Shown one piece after another: positions 1 to 10,200 of a stretch of 64,000 nucleotides of DNA. Source of the DNA: Candidatus Omnitrophota bacterium. GTDB taxonomy: Bacteria > Omnitrophota > Gorgyraeia > 2-01-FULL-45-10. Below the pieces are notes generated by a model. The model was not told where the DNA came from and made no database searches. It saw nothing but the letters and a program-made list of their open reading frames with translations. Position numbers and translations under genes: made by a program. How positions within the stretch are numbered: position 1 is the stretch's first letter; each line of letters begins with the position of its first letter. The DNA lies in contig JAUYOL010000015.1 of assembly GCA_030695905.1 (NCBI GenBank), positions 8,518 through 72,517 of the forward strand, read 5' to 3'.

Positions 1-210
1 ATAGCGCTTGCTTTCGCCGGGTTGCTCTACCATTTAAGCGGGGTGATTTTGGGCAATGCGCCGCACATGATCCCGATACGCCGGGAGCCGTTAAGTTTAA
101 AGATAGCGCTGTCATTTTTAGGTATCTTTATATTAGGGTTCGGGTTAAAGATCCCGCAGATACTTCTGAACCTGCTTGTAAATTGTCAGCAGCTTATTTT
201 AGGTAGTTAA
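1..210 (+). CDS. C-terminal fragment of an antiporter-like membrane subunit (HyfF/Ehr type), partial
   Basis: Frame is open from base 1 (IALAFAGLLYHLSGVILG...) and hydrophobic; it ends immediately before the Hyf/Ehr large subunit. Confidence 0.6.
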   Translation: MALAFAGLLYHLSGVILGNAPHMIPIRREPLSLKIALSFLGIFILGFGLKIPQILLNLLVNCQQLILGS

Positions 211-1794
211 ATGGATAATCGTGATTATATAAAAAACATTCTGGATTCTGAAAAGATCGGCTTAGTTGATATATCTCAACCGCATAAGGATGAATTATAT
301 GTCGCCGTGGGCAGCGCCGATTTTCTCAAGGCATGCAATCTGCTGCACAAGCATCTCGACTCTCCGGTGATGATGTTTTTCGCCGAAGATCTACGGCGCC
401 TGTCCGGGAAATTTATTCTTTATTGCGCTTTTTTAAGTGTAAACAAACATTTATGGGTATTCGTTAAGCAGGAAATCCCGCAGGGCAAGACAATATTTGA
501 TTCTATCGCGAAAAATATATATTCCGCCAGTCTTTTTGAGCGCGAGATCAAGGAGATGTTCGGCATAGAGCCTGTAGGTAATCCGGATCCGCGAAGGCTT
601 AAGCTTCACGACGAGGTCTGGCCGGAAGGGAATTACCCCTTACGCAAAGATTTTATCCTGCGACGTGACGCTGCCCAAAAGACCGCGCAATATCAGTTTA
701 AGCGCGTTGAAGGCGAGGGAGTTTTTGAGGTTCCTGTCGGCCCTGTTCACGCCGGTATCATCGGCCCGGGCCATTTCAGATTTAGTGTAGCGGGGGAGCC
801 CATAATAAATTTAGAAACACGCCTTGGCTGGACACATAGAGGCGCGGAGAAGATACTCGAAGGAAAAAGCATTTCAGAAGCTGTAAATATCATAGAATGT
901 ATAAGCGGTGATACCGCGTTTGGATACAGCCTTGCTTTTTGTCAGAGTGCGGAGAAGATACTCGGTCTCAATATTCCGGACCGCTCGCAACTTCTGCGTG
1001 TATTGTATTTGGAACTGGAACGTATTTATAACCATGCCAACGATATAGGCGGCATCGCTTTAGATGTAAGCTTCAGCTTTCCCGCGCAATTCGCGAGCCT
1101 GATCAAAGAAGCCATATTACAACTTAATGACAGTTTAACGGGTTCCAGGTATCTTAAAGGCGTTAATGTTGTAGGCGGTATCGATAAAGATATTGACAAG
1201 GCCAAGTCAGGGCTTATTTGTGAAACGCTTGTAAAAATTCAAAAAGATTTTTTGGCGCTCGAAGAAATGCTTTTTTCCAGCGTCTCTTTTATGGACCGTG
1301 TTGATACAACAGGTATTTTACGCACTAAAACAGCCCGCGATCTCGGTATAACAGGGCCGGCGGCAAGAGCCAGCGGCATAGCGCATGATCTAAGAGGTAT
1401 TTTTCCGGGTATATATAACGATCTTTCTTTTAAGATATCAAAAGAGCTGTCGGGCGATGTGAAGGCCCGTCTCAAAATAAGATTCTCTGAAATAGAAGAA
1501 TCTATCAATCTTATACGATTGTGTCTGAAAAAGCTTGAGGGTTGCGCTTCCCAGGCCAAAGTTGCCGCGCAGGCAAAAGAGGGCATGGCATTAGGTTATG
1601 TAGAAGCCTGGCGCGGCGGTGTATTGATATGGACCAGGTTAAATGGAGAAGGAAAAATAGAACGATGCAAAATAGTAGATCCGTCTTTTCATAATTGGGA
1701 AGGCCTGTCTTTTGCCGTGCTCGGCAATATTATACCTGATTTTCCTTTGTGTAACAAAAGCTTTGACCTGTCATATTCGGGAAATGATCTATGA
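211..1794 (+). CDS. Energy-converting hydrogenase-related (Ehr)/HyfG-like large subunit, NuoC+NuoD fused, lacking NiFe ligands
   Basis: FEREIKEMFG and YPLRKD (NuoC-like), GPVHAGIIGPGHFRF, ELERIYNH, C-terminal DFPLCNKSFDLSYSGNDL; no CxxC pairs. Confidence 0.88.
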   Translation: MDNRDYIKNILDSEKIGLVDISQPHKDELYVAVGSADFLKACNLLHKHLDSPVMMFFAEDLRRLSGKFILYCAFLSVNKHLWVFVKQEIPQGKTIFDSIAKNIYSASLFEREIKEMFGIEPVGNPDPRRLKLHDEVWPEGNYPLRKDFILRRDAAQKTAQYQFKRVEGEGVFEVPVGPVHAGIIGPGHFRFSVAGEPIINLETRLGWTHRGAEKILEGKSISEAVNIIECISGDTAFGYSLAFCQSAEKILGLNIPDRSQLLRVLYLELERIYNHANDIGGIALDVSFSFPAQFASLIKEAILQLNDSLTGSRYLKGVNVVGGIDKDIDKAKSGLICETLVKIQKDFLALEEMLFSSVSFMDRVDTTGILRTKTARDLGITGPAARASGIAHDLRGIFPGIYNDLSFKISKELSGDVKARLKIRFSEIEESINLIRLCLKKLEGCASQAKVAAQAKEGMALGYVEAWRGGVLIWTRLNGEGKIERCKIVDPSFHNWEGLSFAVLGNIIPDFPLCNKSFDLSYSGNDL

Positions 1795-2312
1795 ACCATT
1801 ATATTTTTAAAAATAGCCTAAGAAAGGGTAGAGTCACCATAAAACTCGATACAAAAAGTGTCCGCCCACCGACGGAGATTGAGTCTATGGGGCAAGAGCT
1901 TAAGAAGGCCATTCGCGCGAGATTCGGCAGGTCATTTCATATCCGTGAAGTGGATACCGGCTCCTGCGGCGGTTGTGAATCCGAGATAATAGCATGTTCC
2001 AACCCGCTATATGACATTCAGCGTTTTGGTATAGATTTTGTAGCCTCTCCCCGGCATGCCGACGCGCTTTTGGTTACCGGCCCTGTATCTAAAAATATGG
2101 AACTTGCGCTGAAAAAGACTTATCAGGCTATGCCCGAGCCTAAATTTGTAATTACTTTAGGAGACTGCGCAAAGGGCGCGGGCCCGTTTAAAGATTCTTA
2201 TTACACCTGCTCGGGCGCGCAGAATGTTCTACCTGTTACCATGCACATCCCGGGTTGCCCGCCAAACCCGACGACGATAATACAAACGTTACTGGTATTT
2301 CTACAAAGATAA
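1791..2312 (+). CDS. Ehr/HyfI-like small subunit (NuoB family Fe-S protein)
   Basis: GSCGGCE, ASPRHAD, GDCA, IPGCPP motifs; ATGA overlap with the upstream gene. Confidence 0.88.
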   Translation: MNHYIFKNSLRKGRVTIKLDTKSVRPPTEIESMGQELKKAIRARFGRSFHIREVDTGSCGGCESEIIACSNPLYDIQRFGIDFVASPRHADALLVTGPVSKNMELALKKTYQAMPEPKFVITLGDCAKGAGPFKDSYYTCSGAQNVLPVTMHIPGCPPNPTTIIQTLLVFLQR

Positions 2313-2350
2313 AAGCCTGGCTAAAAAAGCTCACCATAACCGCATATTTG

Positions 2351-2359
2351 TGATATAAT
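2351..2359 (+). promoter_or_regulatory. Extended -10 element (TGaTATAAT) upstream of the helicase
   Basis: TGATATAAT about 20 nt before the ATG, followed by a GGGA(A) SD-like sequence. Confidence 0.5.
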
Positions 2360-2378
2360 CTTACAAAAAGGGAAGATA

Positions 2379-3644
2379 ATGATAAAACATAATGGCAGCA
2401 ACCAGCAGAATGCTCCACTTGAGCCGGAGCAGGGATTTTTCGGGCTCGGCATAGCTCCAAAGATACTTGAGATACTTGAGCGCATTAAATTTAAGACACC
2501 TACCCCTATTCAGCGCAAAGCCATACCGCTCGCTATTGAGGGGAAGGATGTTATAGGTATTGCCCAGACGGGGACCGGCAAGACGCACGCGTTCGCTATA
2601 CCTATAATTCAGCAGTTAGCGAAAAAAGACGGCCTTGCGATAGTGCTTGCTCCCACGCGTGAACTCGCGCTGCAGATCGAAGAAGCCATACGTCCATTGG
2701 CGCAAGCCTTTGGGATGAGGACGGCTTGTCTCATAGGCGGGACTCCCATGCGTCCGCAAGAAGAGGCCCTGCGCAGGCGCCCGCATATCATAATAGCCAC
2801 CCCCGGGCGTTTTATCGACCATATGGAAAATAGAAATATTATGCTTATCAGGGCCGGCATGCTCGTTTTAGATGAAGCCGACCGCATGCTCGACATGGGA
2901 TTTGCTCCCCAAGTGGAGAGGATACTAAAAGGATTAACGCGCGAACGCCAAACGATGCTATTTTCGGCTACCATGCCGGCGGCGATAATGCGGATGATAA
3001 ATACTTATATGAAGCTTCCCGTGCATGTTGAGATCGCTCCATCAGGCACGACCGCCGAAGGCATAACGCAGGAGCTTTACATTGTAAAGCGTGAGGCAAA
3101 GCTGAGCCTTTTGCGCAAGATATTGGCGCAGCATAACGGTTCGGTGCTTCTTTTTTCGCGGACAAAACATAATGCGAAAAAGATCGCCAGGTCTATACGC
3201 GAAATGGGCCACCGGGCTACGGAGATCCATTCGAATAAGTCGATGTCACAAAGGCGTGAAGCGCTGGACGGGTTTAAGTCCGGCCGTTATCGCATACTCG
3301 TAGCTACCGATATCGCCTCAAGGGGCATAGATGTGACAAAGATAGAGATAGTAATAAATTATGATCTTCCGGAGGATGTGGAAAATTATGTGCACCGCAT
3401 AGGCCGTACCGGGAGAGCCGGGTGCAAGGGGCACGCCATCTCTTTTGCCACGCCGGATCAGAGTAGTGACGTAAAAAATATCGAGAAACTCATTAAGAAA
3501 CAGCTGCCGATAGCGAAACATCCTGAAATTCCGTCGGAGGAATTTGACAAGAATCAGAGGCCGCCTGTAAGCGCCGCGCATCACCGAGGCGCAGGGTTCG
3601 GGCATCGCTACAGGCCCAGGCCGGGGCATTTTTCTAGGAGATAA
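2379..3644 (+). CDS. DEAD-box RNA helicase (RhlE-like)
   Basis: Q motif PTPIQ, AQTGTGKT, PTRELA, DEAD, SAT, HRIGRTGR. Confidence 0.95.
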   Translation: MIKHNGSNQQNAPLEPEQGFFGLGIAPKILEILERIKFKTPTPIQRKAIPLAIEGKDVIGIAQTGTGKTHAFAIPIIQQLAKKDGLAIVLAPTRELALQIEEAIRPLAQAFGMRTACLIGGTPMRPQEEALRRRPHIIIATPGRFIDHMENRNIMLIRAGMLVLDEADRMLDMGFAPQVERILKGLTRERQTMLFSATMPAAIMRMINTYMKLPVHVEIAPSGTTAEGITQELYIVKREAKLSLLRKILAQHNGSVLLFSRTKHNAKKIARSIREMGHRATEIHSNKSMSQRREALDGFKSGRYRILVATDIASRGIDVTKIEIVINYDLPEDVENYVHRIGRTGRAGCKGHAISFATPDQSSDVKNIEKLIKKQLPIAKHPEIPSEEFDKNQRPPVSAAHHRGAGFGHRYRPRPGHFSRR

Positions 3645-3678
3645 CCTATTAAAGGAAAGTAGAAAGGAGGGCGTAAAG

Positions 3679-4089
3679 ATGCGTGGAGTAAGGGTTTTAT
3701 TTTTTATAACAGTGGTTGGTTTTTTATGCCTTATCTGTAATTGGGCAAGCGCGGAAGATACAGTAGTTGCCGAGCATAAAGCCCAGGTCAGAGCGGATAA
3801 AGAAGCCATTAAAGAGCAGATCCAGGAAATAAAAGAAGATGCCCAGGCTGCCAGGGCCGAAGAAAAGCAGATAAGGGAACAGATGCGTCAGGCGCTTATA
3901 GCGGGCGATAAAGAAAAAGCGGCGCAGTTAAGAGAGCAGTTAAAGGCAACGCATGCCGAAAATGTTAAAGAGATGCGGATGGACAAGAAAGAATTAAGAG
4001 AAAATAAAAAAGACCTTCGGCAGGACATGAAAAAGCCGTTTAATCCTCCAGGCCCTCGGGGCGGCCCGGGAAGAGGCCCTAAGAAATAA
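3679..4089 (+). CDS. Secreted charged coiled-coil protein with a C-terminal NPPGPRGGPGRGP motif
   Basis: Strong SD (AAGGAGG), signal peptide ending ...WASA-ED, E/K/Q-rich helical body. Confidence 0.75.
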   Translation: MRGVRVLFFITVVGFLCLICNWASAEDTVVAEHKAQVRADKEAIKEQIQEIKEDAQAARAEEKQIREQMRQALIAGDKEKAAQLREQLKATHAENVKEMRMDKKELRENKKDLRQDMKKPFNPPGPRGGPGRGPKK

Positions 4090-4130
4090 CATATTATACT
4101 TTAGGTTCACCGATAATATTGTGACAATAT

Positions 4131-4166
4131 AGCGGTTACAGCTGTGATTAGGCTGTAACCGCTTTT
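4131..4166 (+). terminator. Rho-independent terminator
   Basis: AGCGGTTACAGC (4131-4142) / GCTGTAACCGCT (4152-4163) perfect 12-bp stem followed by a T run. Confidence 0.75.
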
Positions 4167-4290
4167 GTTACCGAATTCTTGTTAAGAAATGAAAAAACAT
4201 GCTTGTAATTTTTCCTGTTTTATGCTATTTTCTTATCCCTGTAATATTAGGTCGCACTAATCCAAAGTTAAACCAGAAGGAGTAGTTTTA

Positions 4291-7200
4291 ATGCGTAGAT
4301 TATTATTAATCGCAGCGGCACTCGTATCAGTGCTTACATCAAATGTTCAAGCATCGGATAACCAGCCATCATTCAGCATTATAGACGCGAAAGAGAAAGG
4401 CATATTCAATATAGGCCCAGCTGTCGGTGATGTTGTATCCAAGCAGGAAGAATCGGCCAAAAAAGAAGTTCTCGTATTGGATTATTCTATATTCAAGGGG
4501 GCCATAATAGGTGTTTGGACAAAGGGCTTTCCGAAAGGGATTAATCAAGAGGCGGTTGACGCTGTTAAGGTAGGGCTGAAGGTTCAAAATGACGAGTACT
4601 TAGATACAATTTCTGTAAAGCTTGAGATAAAAGGGTCGAAGGACGTGCAATCGGTTCCGCTGCGCCTGAAGAAAGGGTGGAACTATGTAAAGGAAACGAT
4701 AAACTGGAACACCATAGGCGATCTTAAAGAAGTAGTCTTTGTCGTAAGTCCTGTGACTATTAATCCTACCGGAGGCGATCCCATGTGGTGGTTCAGCACA
4801 CAGGAGGCTCCCACCGCAAAGAGCAATGGCAAGACCGACGGCATGCTTTATATAGACCTGGATTTTTACAAACTTACATTCCTGCAAAAATATTTCACCT
4901 TCATAAAATATGGGCTTGTTCTCATCTTAGGCCTTATCCTTGGCCTTGTCACATTGATATTTAGTGAATTGTTCGGCAAAAAACATAAGGCTGGTTCGGT
5001 TAAAAGGGCAGTGCCGACCGCTGGTTTCACACTTTCGAGTATTAAGCGCGATCTATTATATGGCATAGCCGCGGTTTCCATCATAGGCATATCTATGGCT
5101 GCGTTTTCCGTAGGATCTGCCCGCCTTCTGGATTCCGGTATAAGATTTGAGTTTCTGGCCATAGGATTGGCGGGCGCAGTTATCACATGGGTCATAAAAA
5201 GGGGTTTGACCGGAAAGAATCTTACGGCTGTAGAAGTTTTTCAGGATATTGTACTGACAGGAATACTCGCCGCCGCGTCGAGCAGACAGGCTGTCCTGCA
5301 GGCGCCTTCCAGCTGGGCTGATATATTAGTGTTCAGCAATCTAATAGCCGGTATAACACTTCTTATATATCACGTAGCCAATCTTTGCTCTATATCATCT
5401 TCCGGCAGGCACCTGAAATTTGTCACAGGGCTGCTGATAGCGATAACGCCGTATCTATTCAATTGGCTGTTATTATTGGAAAACGTCAGCATACCCCATA
5501 TGTTGGGCAATCTGCTTACATTTAATCTGCTTTCCGCCTGGCCGGCGATCTCCGGCATTATGGGCCGTGTCGTTATCGTGTTTATCTTTAACGAAGTTGT
5601 CACAAACATGATAAGTATCGCCATAGACGGCAAAGCGCTCAAGACTTTAAAAGCGCATCTCTTCACATTCTTTGTTTCACTGGCCATCTCTGTATCCCCC
5701 GATATCGCGGACCTTGGCTCAACTAAGATCATAGCGTCTTTGCCGGTGTTGTTAAGGGCGATCGCCTCTATCATCACAACTATGCTCTCTTATGCCGGTC
5801 TCTGGGGTGAGGTATATCTTATTACAGGAATGATATTGGATGGGATAAAGCGTGTCGCGCCTTCGCGTGAGGCCGTGTCCAAGAATATTATTACAGGTAT
5901 GCGCAAAGGTATGGCGTACAGCGGAATTTTAGTAGCATTCATGTACGCCCTTAAGATGCTGTTAGACGCGAATACTGTCCAGTCTATCGCGAAGAGCTTT
6001 CCTGTCATAGTAGGTATAGCGGTGGGAGCGGCGGTATTCCCGCTTCTAAAGACGATAATCGAGACCTTTGACGGAAGCCTGCCGTTTTTCCAGAGGATGC
6101 GATATAGTTATCGCGATGGAACACTTTATGCCAGGGGCGCTGTCGCCGGATTTGGGTTTGCCTACATGGTCACTCAAGGTTTTATTCAAAAGACCATGTC
6201 CGAGAGGATTTTATTTGGTACGACAACCGGCCTTATCGCGTCGGGCGGTATAAGCATTTTAAGGGACATATTTTACGCGATAAAACATCAAGGTAAAATT
6301 CAGTCGTGGAGGCTGTATTTTACGGACTCTATATTTGGCGCTTTTGCCGGGAGCGCTTTGGCGTTTTATATAGACGCTCTGCAGGTGCCGGTTGTTATAG
6401 AGAAGTTCAAGCTGTATATGAGTTCCGGGTTGCCTCCGGCCGATTACGTGACGTATCCGCTGATCAATAAATGGGGCCGTGTCAATCTTGGGACATACTC
6501 CGGCGGGCCGAAGCTTCTTTTTATAGAGTCTTTAGCCGGTGTAATAAATTGGTCTATAGCCGCGTGGTTGTTCGCGGTGAACAAGGTATTCATGCAGGCG
6601 TTTTTTGACAAAGATAAGACGCCGATAAAGTTTTTCTTCTCAAAAGCAGGGTTCGCGCAGCTTATGGAGCATATGCTCTATGTATTGAGATGGGGCCTGT
6701 GGATGTCGCCGATAATCTTTACATTCCTGCGCATGATGCCCAACCCTACATGGTATAACCAGGACGGCGCTATCAGGACAGCAGTCGCTATCTACAATAA
6801 TATTACGATGTCACCCGAGACATTTAACGCGTGGAGCCTCAAAGTATTCGTGTATGTTCTCGCTTTTGACATCTTCCGCGTTCTTATATGGATGGATCAT
6901 ATGGGATTACGTGTCGCAACGCTCGTCAACCTAAGCTTCATAGGCATGGATAAGCTGGACGAAAAAGTGTCCCGCTTTATCGGTCCGGCCGCGGCGCAAA
7001 GATACATACCCGAGGGGATCAAGAGGTTCGCTACATGGGCGCCGCTTTTAATACCTTTCTATCTTCCGCGCGGCCAGGATTGGGATTACGCCTGGAGCAC
7101 GGCGGAGGGCATACAGAGCGCTTCCAAAGACGCCGGCTTGGTGGCTAATATAAATTCTCTTGGGTTACCCGAAAAGATAACTCTTATATTCGCGGCTATA

Positions 7201-10200
7201 GCGTTATTTACTATACTATCCTTCGTCGGGCGTTTGTGGGGAAAGCGTATCAAGGAGCGCAAAGATAGAAATTATGAACTGACTAATGGAGAGTATAAAG
7301 TTACCGTCAAGGATACGGGCGAGGTCTTCAGCGAGTCCATATACAAGGAGCATGATGTGAGCCGCCGCTCTTACGATATTATAGATCCATGCGGAAGAAT
7401 TCTTTATCTTGTCGACGCTTCCGAATCCTCCGACAGTAAAAAACGTTATTGGCCCGTAGTCGGTAATTTTCCAAAGAAGCAGTTCGAACCTTCCAAAATT
7501 CAGAAGAATGAAGATTCGATAGAGTTTGTTAACGTTGCCAACGGCGTGAGCGCGTCTGTTAACATAACCATTCCGGATCCGGATGATATGGCGGAGATGT
7601 GGGCCATAAAACTTGAAAATACGACAGATAAGAAAAGAGAGCTTAAGGTCGTTCCATATTTAGAATGGGTGCTCAATAGAGCGCTCGATGACAGATTCCA
7701 TACGCAATACCAGAGGCTATATCCCGAAATGGAATACTTGAGCGAATTAAATACCATGCTTTCATGGCAGAAGAGCACAAAGGCGATGGGTATTCTGGCC
7801 AGCGATATCCCGGCACAGGGGATCCTTTCCTCGCGCGTAGATTTTATCGGCCGCGCGCAGAGCATATGGTCTCCGAGAGCGTTGGAGACCCTTAAATTTT
7901 TACCTGCCGGCGATACAGCCTCACACCCGACTTTCGATCCTATAGGGAGTCTGCTATTAGGTGTGTCGCTTGAGCCAAACTCATCGAAGACCTTTAATAT
8001 ATTGATAGGGTACTCGAAGAATAAGAAGGCAGCTTTAGAGCTTATAAATAAACACTTAAAGCCCAAAGGGATAAAGAAGCCGGCGGTGGAGAAAAAATCT
8101 CCTTTTATCGGTCATGGAGAAATTCCGGCGGGTACTCCTAAGCCATATTTTAGATATGAGGATAACGGTAATAAACTTATCGTGAATACTCCCTACACTC
8201 CGCGTCCTTATGACCATGCGTTATCGAACGCGATACATTCGGTAATGGTCACAAACCGTGGCCTTCATACATCGTGCAATGGTAATTCACAGCAGAACAG
8301 GTTGACTCCTGATTGGCCGGACATAGCGACGAAAGAGATACCGACGGAAGCCATATATCTCTATGATGAGAATAACGGCAGTTGGTATTCGCCCACGTAT
8401 CATCCTTTGAATGACAAGAACGCTAAATATGAATCCGAATTCGGCACAGACGGGACGGCGGTGTTTAGAATGTTACGCCAGGCGGTCTCCACAGAATTAA
8501 AAGTCTTCGTTCCGCATGACGATCCGCTGGGTGTTTATCTGTTAAAGATAAATAATAATTCCGATAAGCCGTTAAAGATGCGCGTCGCCCCATATTTCGA
8601 GATGACGCTTGCGTTCCAGCCCGAAAGATCAGGGCCTCTGCAGGCCAAGCGCGATAAAGTTTCCGGAGCGCTTTTATATGAAAACCCGCGCAATATTTTT
8701 AGATCGGGATGGGCATTCGCTTCTATGTCGTTGCCGTCACAGAAATTCGAGACGCGCCGCGGCAGATTTTTTGGAAACGGCCGAGGAGTCACAAACCCTT
8801 ACATGGTAGAAAAAGGAGAATCGGATAAGACGCAGTTTACCGACGACAGGGCAATCGCTTCCTTTATCGGCACAGTCGAGATCCCCGCCGGACAAGAGCG
8901 CGAGATAGCCGTTATATTGGGGCAGACAGATACCAAGAAAGATGCTCTTTCCCTCGCGCGCAAATATAACGATATAGGGTTGGTCAAAAAAGCGCTGGAT
9001 GATACACGCAACTGGTGGATGAAGCTCATGGGTACGCTTTCTGTCCAGACCAATAAGCCGGAATTCGATTATTATCAAAACTGGCTTAAGTATCAGGCGC
9101 TCGCGGAACGTATATGGGCAAGGCGCGGGTTCTATCAGACGAGCGGCGCGTACGGATTCAGGGACCAGCTTCAGGACACAGTGAACCTTATATGGATAGA
9201 CCCTGCTTTGGCGCGTAAACAGCTGATATTGCACGCGTCCCAGCAGTTTATAGAAGGCGATGTATTCCATTGGTTCTTTACGTTAACGGACGGCAGAACT
9301 TCGTTTTCCTGCAGATCTCACGCTTCGGATAACCCCGTCTGGCTTGCATGGGGCATCGTGGAATATATAAGAGCCACCGGCGATCATTCAATACTCGATG
9401 AGATGACTTCATATGTGGTATCGGAATTTCCTTTTGCGCCGCTTCCGAAAAACAAGCAGGGGTGGGGCCATATGTATCATCGTTCGACGCGCTCCGATAC
9501 CGTTTATAAACACTGCATGAGGTCCATAGACCTGATATTAAAGAAGCGTTCAGGGAAGCACGGGCTCCCGCTGATGGGAGTAGGCGACTGGAACGACGGA
9601 TTGGACGAGATAGGCAGTGAGGGCAAAGGCGAAAGTATATGGCTCGGCTTCTTCCTGTACTATATCTTGAAGGGAATGGTAGATATTATAGAGATGAAGG
9701 ACGGGCCGTCGCGTAAAGAATATTACGTGAAGAGAATGGCAAAACTCAAATCCGCGCTTGAAGACACATGGAGAGGCGACAGGTATCTGCGCGCCTTCCA
9801 CGACAATGGCATGGAGATAGGCGTAAAAGACAGCGGAATATGGGAGATAGACGCGCTTACCGCGTCGTGGGCCGTTATAGCGGGCATGGACTTTGACAGA
9901 TGCGTGACGATATTCTCCACCGCGCTGCAGGTGCTCGAAAAGGATAACGCGATATTGCTCGGTTGGCCGGCGCTACGCGAAGACTCGAAGCCTTATTTAG
10001 GCAGATCCAGCAAGTATCCGGAAGGCGTGCGCGAAAACGGTATGTATTGCCATGGCGTCCAGTGGCTTATCAGGGCCGCGCGTATCATCGCAGAAGAGTT
10101 CGATAAAAAAGGCAATCAGGATAAAGCCGGTGAATATAGGGCGACCGCTTACAGATTATGGCTTAAGGTTTCAGCTATATGGCATATGACGGAAAAAGAG

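Noticed and set aside
211-1794. Calling this a functional NiFe hydrogenase or formate hydrogenlyase
   Set aside because: Both Ni-binding CxxC motifs are absent
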